A stretch of DNA of 32,000 bases from positions 1,528,516 to 1,560,515 of the forward strand of contig NZ_JAGIOS010000003.1 of assembly GCF_017876815.1 (NCBI RefSeq), written 5' to 3'. The DNA is from Sinorhizobium meliloti (lineage in GTDB: Bacteria > Pseudomonadota > Alphaproteobacteria > Rhizobiales > Rhizobiaceae). This document shows positions 9,587 through 17,625 of the stretch, in pieces (within the stretch, counting starts at the first letter, position 1; each line of letters begins with the position of its first letter). The notes beneath the pieces are model-generated. The model did not search any database and was not told where the DNA came from. It worked only from the letters and a program-made list of their open reading frames with translations. The position numbers and the translations under genes were made by a program.

Positions 9587-11712
9587 ATGAATTTTGATCC
9601 CAGCCACTCGAAACGCAGCTTCTCCTCCGTGGGCACTCGACCCATCCGGCCGGATGGAGTCGATAAGGTAACGGGCCGCGCGCGCTACGGCGCGGACTTC
9701 AACATGCCAGGCCAGTTGGTCGGACGGATTTTGCGCAGCCCGCACGCGCATGCCATCATTCGCAAGATCGACACGTTGAAGGCCGCGCAACTTCCTGGCG
9801 TCAAGGCGGTTTTGACGGCGGCGGACCTGCCCGACCTCACCGATGGTGACGCGGCGATGTATGACATTCTCGACAACTGCATGGCGCGCAAGAAGGCGCT
9901 CTACGACGGCCACGCCGTGGCCGCCGTGGCAGCAATCGATGCGCGAACCGCCAAGCAGGCGCTCAAGCTCATCGAAGTCGAGTATGAACTCCTGCCGCAC
10001 GTTACCGATGTTGACCAGGCGTTCGCGCCGGATGCTCCGCTCATCAACGACACGATCTTCACAACAGGCGTCGATCCCAAGCCGGATCGCCCTTCGAATG
10101 TCTCAATGCGGAGCCAGTTCGGGCATGGCGACGTCGATGCCGGGATGGCAAGGGCCGATTTCGTCGTCGAACGGACATTCAAGACCGAACAGACGCACCA
10201 GGGCTATATCGAACCTCACGCCTGCGTCGCAAGTGTCAGTTCGGACGGCACAGCGGACCTATGGGTTTGCACCCAGGGTCACTTTGTCTATCGCCAGCAT
10301 TGCGCACAACTGCTCGGCATGGATGCCTCCAAGCTGCGCGTGACGTCGTCGGAAATCGGCGGAGGCTTCGGCGGCAAGACCCATGTCTGGGCCGAGCCTG
10401 TCGCGCTCGCACTGTCGCGCAAGGCGGGCAGGCCGGTCAAGCTGGTGATGACGCGCGACGAAGTGTTTCGCGCCTCCGGCCCAACAAGCGCCACGTCGAT
10501 CGACGTGAAGATCGGCGCATTGAAGGACGGAACGATCATCGCCGCCGATGCGACGCTGCGGCATATCGCGCGCCTTCGGCGCCGATGGCGGCGTTTGCAG
10601 TGGAAAGCGCCATCGATGAACTTGCCAAGAAGGTCGGCATGAATCCGATCGATTTCCGGATCCGGAACGCGGCACAGGAGGGAACCAAGGCATCCTACGG
10701 TCCAGTCTACGGCCCGATCGGCATCGGCCCGACACTGGAGGCCGTGAAGAACCATCCTCACATGAAGGCACCCCTTGGCAGGAACCAGGGGCGCGGCATG
10801 GCATGTGGGTTTTGGTTCAACTTCGGGGGCCAGACGTGTACCGATCTCAACATCGGGATGGATGGCACAGTATCGCTCGCGGTTGGCACGGTGGATGTGG
10901 GCGGTTCGCGCGCATCGCTGTCGCTGGTGGCCGCAGAGGAGCTCGGGATCGACTATTCGCAGGTCAGAACGGTGATCGCCGACACGTCCAGTCTCGGCTA
11001 CAATGACATGACCGATGGCAGCCGAGGAACGTTCTCGTCGTCGATGGCCACCATTTCTGCTGCCCGCAACGCTATCAAGATTCTCCGAGAGCGGGCGGCA
11101 CAGATGTGGGACATTCCGGTCGAGGACGTGACCTGGGAAAAGGGCCATGCCGTCGCCAAGGGCGAGACGCACGGAAACCTTCCGAAACTGTCTCTGAAGG
11201 AGATTGCCGCGGCATCGGGCACCACGGGCGGCCCGATTGCGGGGCACAGTGAGATCGTCGCCGACGGCGCCGGCGTATCCTTCGCCACGCATATCTGCGA
11301 TATCGAGGTCGACCCCGAAACCGGGGCCACCAAGGTGCTGCGCTACACCGTGGTGCAGGATGCCGGCAAAGCCGTGCATCCGACCTATGTCGAAGGACAG
11401 TACCAGGGCGGCGCTGCGCAGGGCATCGGCTGGGCACTCAACGAAGAATATATCTACGGCAACGACGGCCGGCTGCAAAATGCGGGCTTCCTCGACTACC
11501 GTATCCCGGTGTGCTCGGATCTGCCTATGATAGACACGCAGATCCTGGAGATTCCGAATCCCAACCACCCCTATGGGGTCAGGGGCGTCGGGGAAACGTC
11601 CATCGTCCCTCCGCTTGCAGCGGTGGCCAATGCCGTGTCGAATGCGGTCGGCGTGCGGATGCTGCATATTCCCATGTCGCCGCCGCGGATCCTGGCAGCG
11701 CTCGAAGCGTAA
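9587..11712 (+). pseudogene. Molybdenum hydroxylase molybdopterin-binding large subunit (CoxL/XdhB-like), disrupted by an out-of-frame internal deletion near 10558-10561
   Basis: The N-terminal part (a/b-hammerhead domain, GGGFGGK motif) reads in one frame up to ...KDGTIIAADATLR. Homology resumes directly in another frame at AAYRAPSAPMAAFAVESAIDELAKKVGMNPIDFR and runs to the stop at 11712. The total length of 2126 nt is not a multiple of 3. Confidence 0.8.
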
Positions 11713-11721
11713 GGAGGACCG

Positions 11722-11967
11722 ATGGTAGAGGTCACGCTCTGGGGCTCTCTCGCCGCGGCAGCTGAGGGCAACAGCAAGGTCGAGATCGAGGCAAAGAATA
11801 TCAGGGAACTGTTCGCGAGGTTGAGCGAACGGTTCCCTCGGCTTGAGCCGCTCATGGCACGAGGGATCGCAGTCGCAATTGACGGAACGATTTATCGGGA
11901 CACCTGGTCGAAGGAACTGCCGACGGGCGCGGAAATCTATTTGCTGCCGAGGCTGGCAGGCGGTTGA
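11722..11967 (+). CDS. MoaD/ThiS family ubiquitin-like sulfur-carrier-type protein with a C-terminal Gly-Gly
   Basis: 81 aa ending ...IYLLPRLAGG then stop. The size and terminal GG are typical of the beta-grasp family. A perfect AGGAGG lies 4 nt upstream of the ATG, and the gene starts 9 nt after the large-subunit stop. Confidence 0.75.
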   Translation: MVEVTLWGSLAAAAEGNSKVEIEAKNIRELFARLSERFPRLEPLMARGIAVAIDGTIYRDTWSKELPTGAEIYLLPRLAGG

Positions 11968-12559
11968 AGGCGGTCGCGAGAGCGCCCGTGTAGACGCACT
12001 GTTTCGACGAGGCAATGCACATCTCACCTTGATCGTCGTGCTGCAGCAAAGACTTGGAAATCGCATTCGCCCAACGCAGTTAACCAGACCCGTCTCCCCT
12101 ATAGTCAAACTGCGCGTGTGACGCATGGAATAGGGTCGGCCGCAGGTCGATTCGTACGCTGGGCAGTGGGTTCGTCGATGCTCTTCCAGGATCGTCGATT
12201 GCTCTCAGCAGTGACGGCTGCATGCGCGCTTATAGAAGTAATGACGAAACAAAATCAGGAGCAGTTCTGGCGGCTTTGACTTATCCAGTTGGTTTGACCA
12301 AACGACCGCAGGCCGCAGAAAGGTCAGATTATGTTCGACCGGGGCTTTAACCAGTCATTCCGACGAGCTGGACATTTTCGTTTCGCGGAAGGTGAACGAT
12401 CCAGACAGCATCCAGTTGCTCATCAACAAAACGGGACGCACGATCGTTCCACAGCGACTTTTCGAAAGGCCGCATCCGCACTTCCTCCGATCGCACCGGG
12501 ATAGTTGCTTTAAGCATTGAGTGCGGCGGTAGTTCCACAGCGGTAGGATGGGGTCGGCC

Positions 12560-12622
12560 GTTCGATTCCCTTCAAGGCGAAGGATCGAACCTACGAACCT
12601 CCGTCTCATGCAAGGCAGACGG
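12560..12622. repeat. Structured element of two adjacent hairpins. It contains copy 1 of a 19-nt repeat (GTTCGATTCCCTTCAAGGC, 12560-12578).
   Basis: At 12560-12590, GTTCGAT-TC-CCTTC/aaggc/GAAGG-ATCGAAC forms a 12-bp stem with a 2-nt bulge and a 5-nt loop. At 12601-12622, CCGTCT/10-nt loop/AGACGG forms a 6-bp stem. Neither hairpin is followed by a T-run. Confidence 0.6.
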
Positions 12623-12667
12623 TAGGTCGCTCGCGTTCCTTTCAGGTTATCTCGACGGGCGTGAATT

Positions 12668-13528
12668 TCAGGCTAGGGAGGTCATTTGCGTCAGCACATC
12701 GGCCATGGTGCGTGCAAGCGCGCGGGCGGCGAGGGTAGGTTGCTTGTCGGCGTAGCGGATGGTGAGGGAAGAGCCGGGAAGGGGCGGCAGGAAGCCGCCC
12801 GCCGGCGCGGATTGGACGCCGCTCCCGATGTCGCCTTCCGTGACGACCGCCACCGCGAGCCCTGCGCGCACCACGGCGAACACGCCCTGCAGGCTCGTGC
12901 ACGTCACGATGCACTTCCATGGCATTCCGTTCTGCTCGAGTGCGGCGAGCGCTGCGCCACGATAGGCGCAGGGGCCGCGCACTAACGCGAGCGGGACGAC
13001 GCCATCGTTCGGCGGCACCCAGTTCGGCGCGGTGATCCAGACTAGCTTTTCGATGCACAGCACGTCGCTGTCCTGCGTCGCGGGAACGTCGCGGATGACA
13101 GCGAGGTCGATGTTGCGCTGGCGCAGGTCCCGCATCAGGTCGCTCGACAGGCCACCACGGATCTCGACGCCGACGCGCGGCTTTTCCAGCATGAAGTTCT
13201 TGAGCGCCTCCGTGAGCGGGACGAAGAGGTAGTGGTCGTCCGGAACGCCCACCACCAGCGTGCCGGTCAGGAGGTCGGGCTTGAAGCTCTGCTCCATCTC
13301 CTCGATTGAGCGGATCACGCGCGTCGCGTGCTCGACTAATTCCCGCCCGTCTGAGGTCAGCATGCAGCTTCGCGTCGTCCGCTCGAACAATTGTTTGCCG
13401 AGAAGGGTTTCGAGCCGGGCGATCTTGTGGCTGACCGTTGACTGCGTGATGTTCAGTCTTTCGGCGGCCTCCGAGAAACTCTGCGTATCCGCCAGGATGA
13501 GAAAGCATTTCAGCAGCGACGTATCCAT
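12668..13528 (-). CDS. LysR family transcriptional regulator
   Basis: N-terminal wHTH MDTSLLKCFLILADTQSFSEAAERLNITQSTVSHKIARLE plus a LysR substrate-binding domain. I prefer the ATG at 13528 over the TTG at 13561. Divergent from the next operon. Confidence 0.9.
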   Translation of the reverse strand: MDTSLLKCFLILADTQSFSEAAERLNITQSTVSHKIARLETLLGKQLFERTTRSCMLTSDGRELVEHATRVIRSIEEMEQSFKPDLLTGTLVVGVPDDHYLFVPLTEALKNFMLEKPRVGVEIRGGLSSDLMRDLRQRNIDLAVIRDVPATQDSDVLCIEKLVWITAPNWVPPNDGVVPLALVRGPCAYRGAALAALEQNGMPWKCIVTCTSLQGVFAVVRAGLAVAVVTEGDIGSGVQSAPAGGFLPPLPGSSLTIRYADKQPTLAARALARTMADVLTQMTSLA

Positions 13529-13548
13529 GGGAGAGGACAATATATGAA

Positions 13549-13563
13549 GATTATCGTTCAATC
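13549..13563. promoter_or_regulatory. Candidate LysR-type operator (GATT-N7-AATC dyad containing T-N11-A) in the divergent promoter region
   Basis: The sequence GATTATCGTTCAATC lies between the LysR start (13528) and the racemase-like start (13649). This is a pattern match only. Confidence 0.25.
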
Positions 13564-13648
13564 CATGGTCAAATATCGCTTCCGTCGATTAGCCTTGCGC
13601 GCCATTCTGTACCGGGTCGAGATTGTGACCGCGTTGAGGGGAGCCCGA

Positions 13649-14422
13649 ATGATGGAACTTGACGAGGAGAATGGCGGCTGGGTGCCGCTTGATTGCGTTC
13701 TCGACGGCGGGCCGGCCGCGCGTGCCGCCATAGGCCTCATCGTGCTGGCGAACGATACCGTCATCGAGCCAGAGGTCCGGCGCTTCCTGCCGTTGCCCGG
13801 CGTCGAGGTTTATTCCAGTCGCATTCCGATGGCGCGAGAAGTGTCGCCGGAATGCCTGGCGGCCATGGCGGGCGAACTGCCGCGGGCAGTCGAACTGCTG
13901 ATGCCGGAACACCGTCTCGATGTCGTGGCCTTCGGCTGCACATCCGGGTCCATGATCATCGGCCCGGAGCGGATCGCCGGCATAGTCGAGAAGGTTCGTC
14001 CGGGTGTGAAAGTGTGCAACCCCGTTTCAGCGAGCCTTGCCGCTTTCGTGACGCTCGGCGTGCGGCGGATCGGCCTCATCACCCCCTATAGCACCGAGGT
14101 CAACAAGCGCGTCGAGAGCTTCTTCGTGCGCGAGGGGCTCGATATCGCCGCTCGTGCGAGCTTCCATCAGGACAGCGACGTTTCCATCGCCCGCATTCGC
14201 GAGGAGGACATATTGCGAGCCGCAATAGATATCGGCAGGCGGGACGTGGAAGCTGTGTTCCTCTCCTGCACGGCGCTGCGCTGCTCCGGCATCATCGACG
14301 CGGTGGAAGCGACGATCGGCAAGCCGGTGGTGACGAGTAACCAGGCGCTCGCCTGGGATGCCCTTCGAAAGGCTGGCGAGACGCAATCCGTGCCTGGAGC
14401 TGGGCGCTTATGGATGCATTAG
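13649..14422 (+). CDS. Asp/Glu/hydantoin racemase superfamily protein (maleate isomerase / arylmalonate decarboxylase / EutA-like)
   Basis: Motifs IGLIVLANDTVIEPE, and two Cys motifs at the expected spacing (VAFGCTSGS and FLSCTALR), then PVVTSNQALAW. GAGGGGAG lies 5 nt upstream of the ATG at 13649. The upstream extension to 13544 lacks homology. Confidence 0.85.
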   Translation: MMELDEENGGWVPLDCVLDGGPAARAAIGLIVLANDTVIEPEVRRFLPLPGVEVYSSRIPMAREVSPECLAAMAGELPRAVELLMPEHRLDVVAFGCTSGSMIIGPERIAGIVEKVRPGVKVCNPVSASLAAFVTLGVRRIGLITPYSTEVNKRVESFFVREGLDIAARASFHQDSDVSIARIREEDILRAAIDIGRRDVEAVFLSCTALRCSGIIDAVEATIGKPVVTSNQALAWDALRKAGETQSVPGAGRLWMH

Positions 14423-14456
14423 AAGCGGCTTTGCCGCCCAGATCAGGAGAACTGTC

Positions 14457-14984
14457 ATGACGGATACCAACGAACGCCCCAAATCCACGGCGGCGATGGA
14501 CGGCGAAATCGGCATCCTCGCCCGCCGTCGGATCGAGGCGGGAATCATCGCGCCGATCTATGAGGAAATGCGTAGGCAGATCGGCGAGGAAAAGGCCCGG
14601 TCCATTCTCGACACCGCAATCCGCCAGGCGGCAATCAAGGCGGGCAAGGATTTCGCGGCGAAGACGCCCGGCGGCACGACGCTGCGGACCTTCCAGGAAT
14701 TGCAGGATCTCTGGACGCAGGACGACGCCCTCGTGATCGAGGTCACCAAGGCGACTGACGAGGAATTCCACTACAACGTCAAGCGCTGTCGCTACGCCGA
14801 GACCTATCGCGAGATGGGCCTCGGCCATATCGGCCATCTGTTGTCGTGCAACCGGGACGGCGTCTTCTGCGTCGGCTACGATCCGCGCATCACGCTGGAG
14901 CGCACGCAGACGGTCATGGAAGGAGCCTCGCACTGCGATTTCAAGTATCGCTTCCATGAGACCCCGCAGGAGAGCATCGAATGA
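14457..14984 (+). CDS. L-2-amino-thiazoline-4-carboxylic acid (ATC) hydrolase family protein
   Basis: About 175 aa. The C-terminal Cys/His-rich pattern ...FHYNVKRCRYAETYREMGLGHIGHLLSCNRDGVFCVGYDPRITLERTQTVMEGASHCDFKY is characteristic of the ATC_hydrolase family. AGGAGA lies upstream of the ATG at 14457. Confidence 0.75.
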   Translation: MTDTNERPKSTAAMDGEIGILARRRIEAGIIAPIYEEMRRQIGEEKARSILDTAIRQAAIKAGKDFAAKTPGGTTLRTFQELQDLWTQDDALVIEVTKATDEEFHYNVKRCRYAETYREMGLGHIGHLLSCNRDGVFCVGYDPRITLERTQTVMEGASHCDFKYRFHETPQESIE

Positions 14985-16237
14985 CGGCGGTCCTTCAAGC
15001 GACCGACGTACCGCTTCGGCTCTCGGTCGATGCCGACCGGCTGTGGGCCGACCTTCTCGCGACCGCACGCTTCGGGGCCCATGGCGAGACCGGCATGCAC
15101 CGCCTTGCGCTCGGGTCAGCAGACGAAGAGGTGCGCCGCTGGTTCGAGGCGGAGTGCCGAGCGCTCGGCTGCACGGTGGAGGTCGATCGCATCGGTAACA
15201 TGTTTGCGACCTTGCCCGGCTCCGAGCCGGGCCTCGCCGCCATCGCCGTCGGCAGCCATCTCGACACGCAGCCGGCCGGCGGGCGCTTCGACGGTATACT
15301 CGGCATTCTGGCGGGCGTGGAGATCCTGCGGGTGCTGAAAGCCTCGGGTCGAGCCCTGCGCCATCCCTTCACGGTCGTCAACTGGACCAACGAGGAGGGC
15401 TCCCGTTTTTCTCCCGCCATGATGGGGTCGGGCGTCTTCTGCGGTGTGCACGACATCGAGACCATCTATGCCCGGGTGGACAAGGACGGCGTGACGGTGC
15501 GCGAGGCGCTGGGAGCGATCGGCTATCGTGGCGAGTGCGCGCCCGGCCACCTGCCGATGGCGGCCTATCTGGAGCTCCACATCGAGCAGGGCCCCGTGCT
15601 GGAGGCTGATGGAAGCGCAGTCGGTATCGTCACCGGAGTGCAGGGCCTTCGCTGGCTGGACATCCGCATGAGTGGTACGGAAGCCCATGCGGGCGCCTTC
15701 CCGATGGGATTGCGCGAGGATGCACTCGTCTTTGCGGCGAAAGCCGTATTGGCGGTCGAGAAGGTTGCCTTGAAGCACCCGCCGGGCGTCGCCACCGTCG
15801 GCTATATTCACGCTGTGCCGAATTCGCGCAACGTCGTACCCGGTGAAGTCCGCCTCGAAATCGACATGCGCCATCCCGAAGAGAGCGGCCTTGCCGCAAT
15901 GGAGACGGACTTGACGAACGAGATCGAGCGCCTCGCGCCGGGGGCACAGCTTTCCGTGGTCTGGCGCAAGGCGCCGGTCGTGTTTGATGCGGCGTTGCGC
16001 GAGGTAATCCGGCAGGAGGCGGAAGGGCTTTGCCTTTCGGCGCTGGAGATGGTTTCCGGCGCCGGTCACGATGCGGCCCATGTGGCAGCCAAGGCGCCGA
16101 CGGCGATGATCTTCATTCCCTCGCGCGAGGGCTTGTCACATAACGAACGCGAATATTCCTCGCCGCAGCAATGTGCCAACGGCGCGGACCTGCTGCTGCG
16201 AAGCGTGCTTCGCGCCGACGAACTGTTTCATGGTTGA
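14981..16237 (+). CDS. M20-family Zn-dependent amidase: N-carbamoyl-L-amino-acid hydrolase / allantoate amidohydrolase family
   Basis: Motifs GSHLDTQPAGGRFDGILGILAGVE, NWTNEEGSRF, ELHIEQGPVLE and SGAGHDA. The start overlaps the upstream stop (ATGA). Confidence 0.9.
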   Translation: MTAVLQATDVPLRLSVDADRLWADLLATARFGAHGETGMHRLALGSADEEVRRWFEAECRALGCTVEVDRIGNMFATLPGSEPGLAAIAVGSHLDTQPAGGRFDGILGILAGVEILRVLKASGRALRHPFTVVNWTNEEGSRFSPAMMGSGVFCGVHDIETIYARVDKDGVTVREALGAIGYRGECAPGHLPMAAYLELHIEQGPVLEADGSAVGIVTGVQGLRWLDIRMSGTEAHAGAFPMGLREDALVFAAKAVLAVEKVALKHPPGVATVGYIHAVPNSRNVVPGEVRLEIDMRHPEESGLAAMETDLTNEIERLAPGAQLSVVWRKAPVVFDAALREVIRQEAEGLCLSALEMVSGAGHDAAHVAAKAPTAMIFIPSREGLSHNEREYSSPQQCANGADLLLRSVLRADELFHG

Positions 16238-16242
16238 TCTGA

Positions 16243-16417
16243 ATGATGGCGTCCGCCCCCTAAACCAAGGCCGACCACCGATGCGCCGGTCGCTATCGGC
16301 CTCTACTCGCAGGCGATAGCCGTAAACGGCCAGCTCTTTGTCTCCGGGCAGCTGCCGATTGATCCCGTCACTGGGGCCTTCATCTCCGAAGATCCGGTCG
16401 AGCAGGCATTGGGTTAG
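16243..16417 (+). pseudogene. RidA/YjgF family remnant: only the N-terminal ~45 codons remain, with a 5' frameshift and a 3' truncation
   Basis: ...[45 protein letters not shown] then stop matches the RidA N-terminus. The ATG at 16243 is in a different frame and stops after 6 codons at a C-run. The rest of the ~125-aa domain is absent. Confidence 0.7.
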
Positions 16418-16651
16418 GCCGCCATGCGATCAGCAGCATGAGGTGACCGCGCCTCTAAAGATTGGCCAACCGGACCTTAGCAGACCCATAGAGCAGCGGC
16501 AAAGCTCCGACTGCGGACAGAAGCAAGCGCTCGGCGAGGATTAAGTTCACAAGGGATTGACGCAAAGCCCGTTACAGAAGATCGCACAGTATATCGATCG
16601 GAACTGCGCTGCCGTTCGTGCCAAAGTGCTTTCTGTCGGGTTAAGCAGTGG

Positions 16652-16969
16652 TCAGTTGTTTTTGATCTGCTCGACGGCAGTCGCTAGCAATTCATCCATG
16701 ATGCTGCGAATCTGAGTATCTGACAGGACTACTCCGGCGGTATCGAAATCGGTGCGCACCTTGCGGAACACATCATTGTCTCCGGCCTCTTCGAAGTCTG
16801 CCTGCACCACCTCCTTCGCATACGCGTCCGCATCCGTACCGGTTTTGCCTAGCTTTTCGGCGGCCCACAGGCCGAGCAACTTATTTCGACGGGCCATGGC
16901 CTTGAACTTCGTTTCCTCGTCCATCGCGAACTTCTTTTCGAAGCCTTCCTGACGATCTCTTATGCTCAC
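16652..16969 (-). CDS. DUF1476 family protein (alphaproteobacterial F1-ATPase inhibitor zeta-subunit type)
   Basis: 105 aa. ...FEKKFAMDEETKFKAMARRNKLLGLWAAEKLGKTGTDADAYAKEVVQADFEEAGDNDVFRKV... closely follows the Paracoccus denitrificans zeta-subunit pattern as I remember it. GTG start with GGAGG upstream. Confidence 0.8.
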   Translation of the reverse strand: MSIRDRQEGFEKKFAMDEETKFKAMARRNKLLGLWAAEKLGKTGTDADAYAKEVVQADFEEAGDNDVFRKVRTDFDTAGVVLSDTQIRSIMDELLATAVEQIKNN

Positions 16970-17151
16970 GGCTTAGCCTCCAGTTCCGGTATGATTTCCG
17001 ACGTGCCCGATATCCACCAGATCACGGGGTTCGCCGGAACCGAGCATGGCGCGATTGGACGATGCTCGCAAGTCCTGATCGTGTCAGTCGGTGGACGCAA
17101 GCTCGCGGCAATCCCGGTGGGCGACAGCGTAGTAGGTTCGACCCAAAGCAC

Positions 17152-17547
17152 TTAACTCGTCAGACCGAAGAGGACCTCTTCGAGGATCTCCCAGTTTTCA
17201 TCCATGGCAAAGGCTGCAGAAATGTAGGGAAGGCCGATGTGGCCGTAGCGGACCGACAGCTGCCGCTCCGAGATCTCTTCGTCGATGCCCGCGATCTGCT
17301 GAAGGTAGAGCATTGCGGCCATTCCCGTTCTATCAGCGCCGGCTTGGCAATGGATGAGTATCGGCTTGGGTGCGGTCTGCAGCAACGCGATCAGCTGCCG
17401 CGCCTGCTGCGGCGACAACCGTTTCGAAGCTGACAATCGGAAATCGAAATGCGTGATAGCGGCTCGGTCAGCGCCTTCGACCTCCTGCAGGTACCAAGTT
17501 TCCCCGCTCTCGCCCACGTCGCCGCTACCGAGCCATGGCCTGCTCAC
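17152..17547 (-). CDS. Dual-specificity/tyrosine protein phosphatase family protein, probably truncated at the N-terminus
   Basis: The HCX5R(T) active site HCQAGADRTG lies at residue ~66 of only 131. The ORF opens with GTG only 78 nt downstream of the IclR stop, and an in-frame stop lies at 17566-17568. Confidence 0.6.
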   Translation of the reverse strand: MSRPWLGSGDVGESGETWYLQEVEGADRAAITHFDFRLSASKRLSPQQARQLIALLQTAPKPILIHCQAGADRTGMAAMLYLQQIAGIDEEISERQLSVRYGHIGLPYISAAFAMDENWEILEEVLFGLTS

Positions 17548-17625
17548 GCCGTTCAGACGCCTCGGTCAGTGGGGCATGTATCGCTGGTACCATCTCAAAG
17601 ACGAGATCCTGTAACCGTGCGCGGG

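Noticed and set aside
12287-12300. An 11-mer, TTTGACCAAAC, shared in inverted orientation with 28983-28993.
   Set aside because: Matches of this length are expected by chance many times in a 32-kb window when both strands are considered.
12347-12538. A 63-aa minus-strand ORF whose C-terminus (...RFVDEQLDAVWIVHLPRNEN...) loosely resembles RelE/ParE-type toxins.
   Set aside because: The similarity is only pattern-level. The ORF is short, has a GTG start with no RBS, and has no adjacent antitoxin ORF. It cannot be supported without an HMM search.
12575-12640. Possible minus-strand tRNA gene, suggested by GGTTCGATCC (T-loop-like) and a nearby stem-loop containing CTTGCAT.
   Set aside because: The putative anticodon stem has a 10-nt loop rather than 7. 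The T-stem has a mismatch, and there is no D-arm, acceptor pairing or CCA context. At most it is a tRNA-like relic. It is reported as a structured repeat instead.
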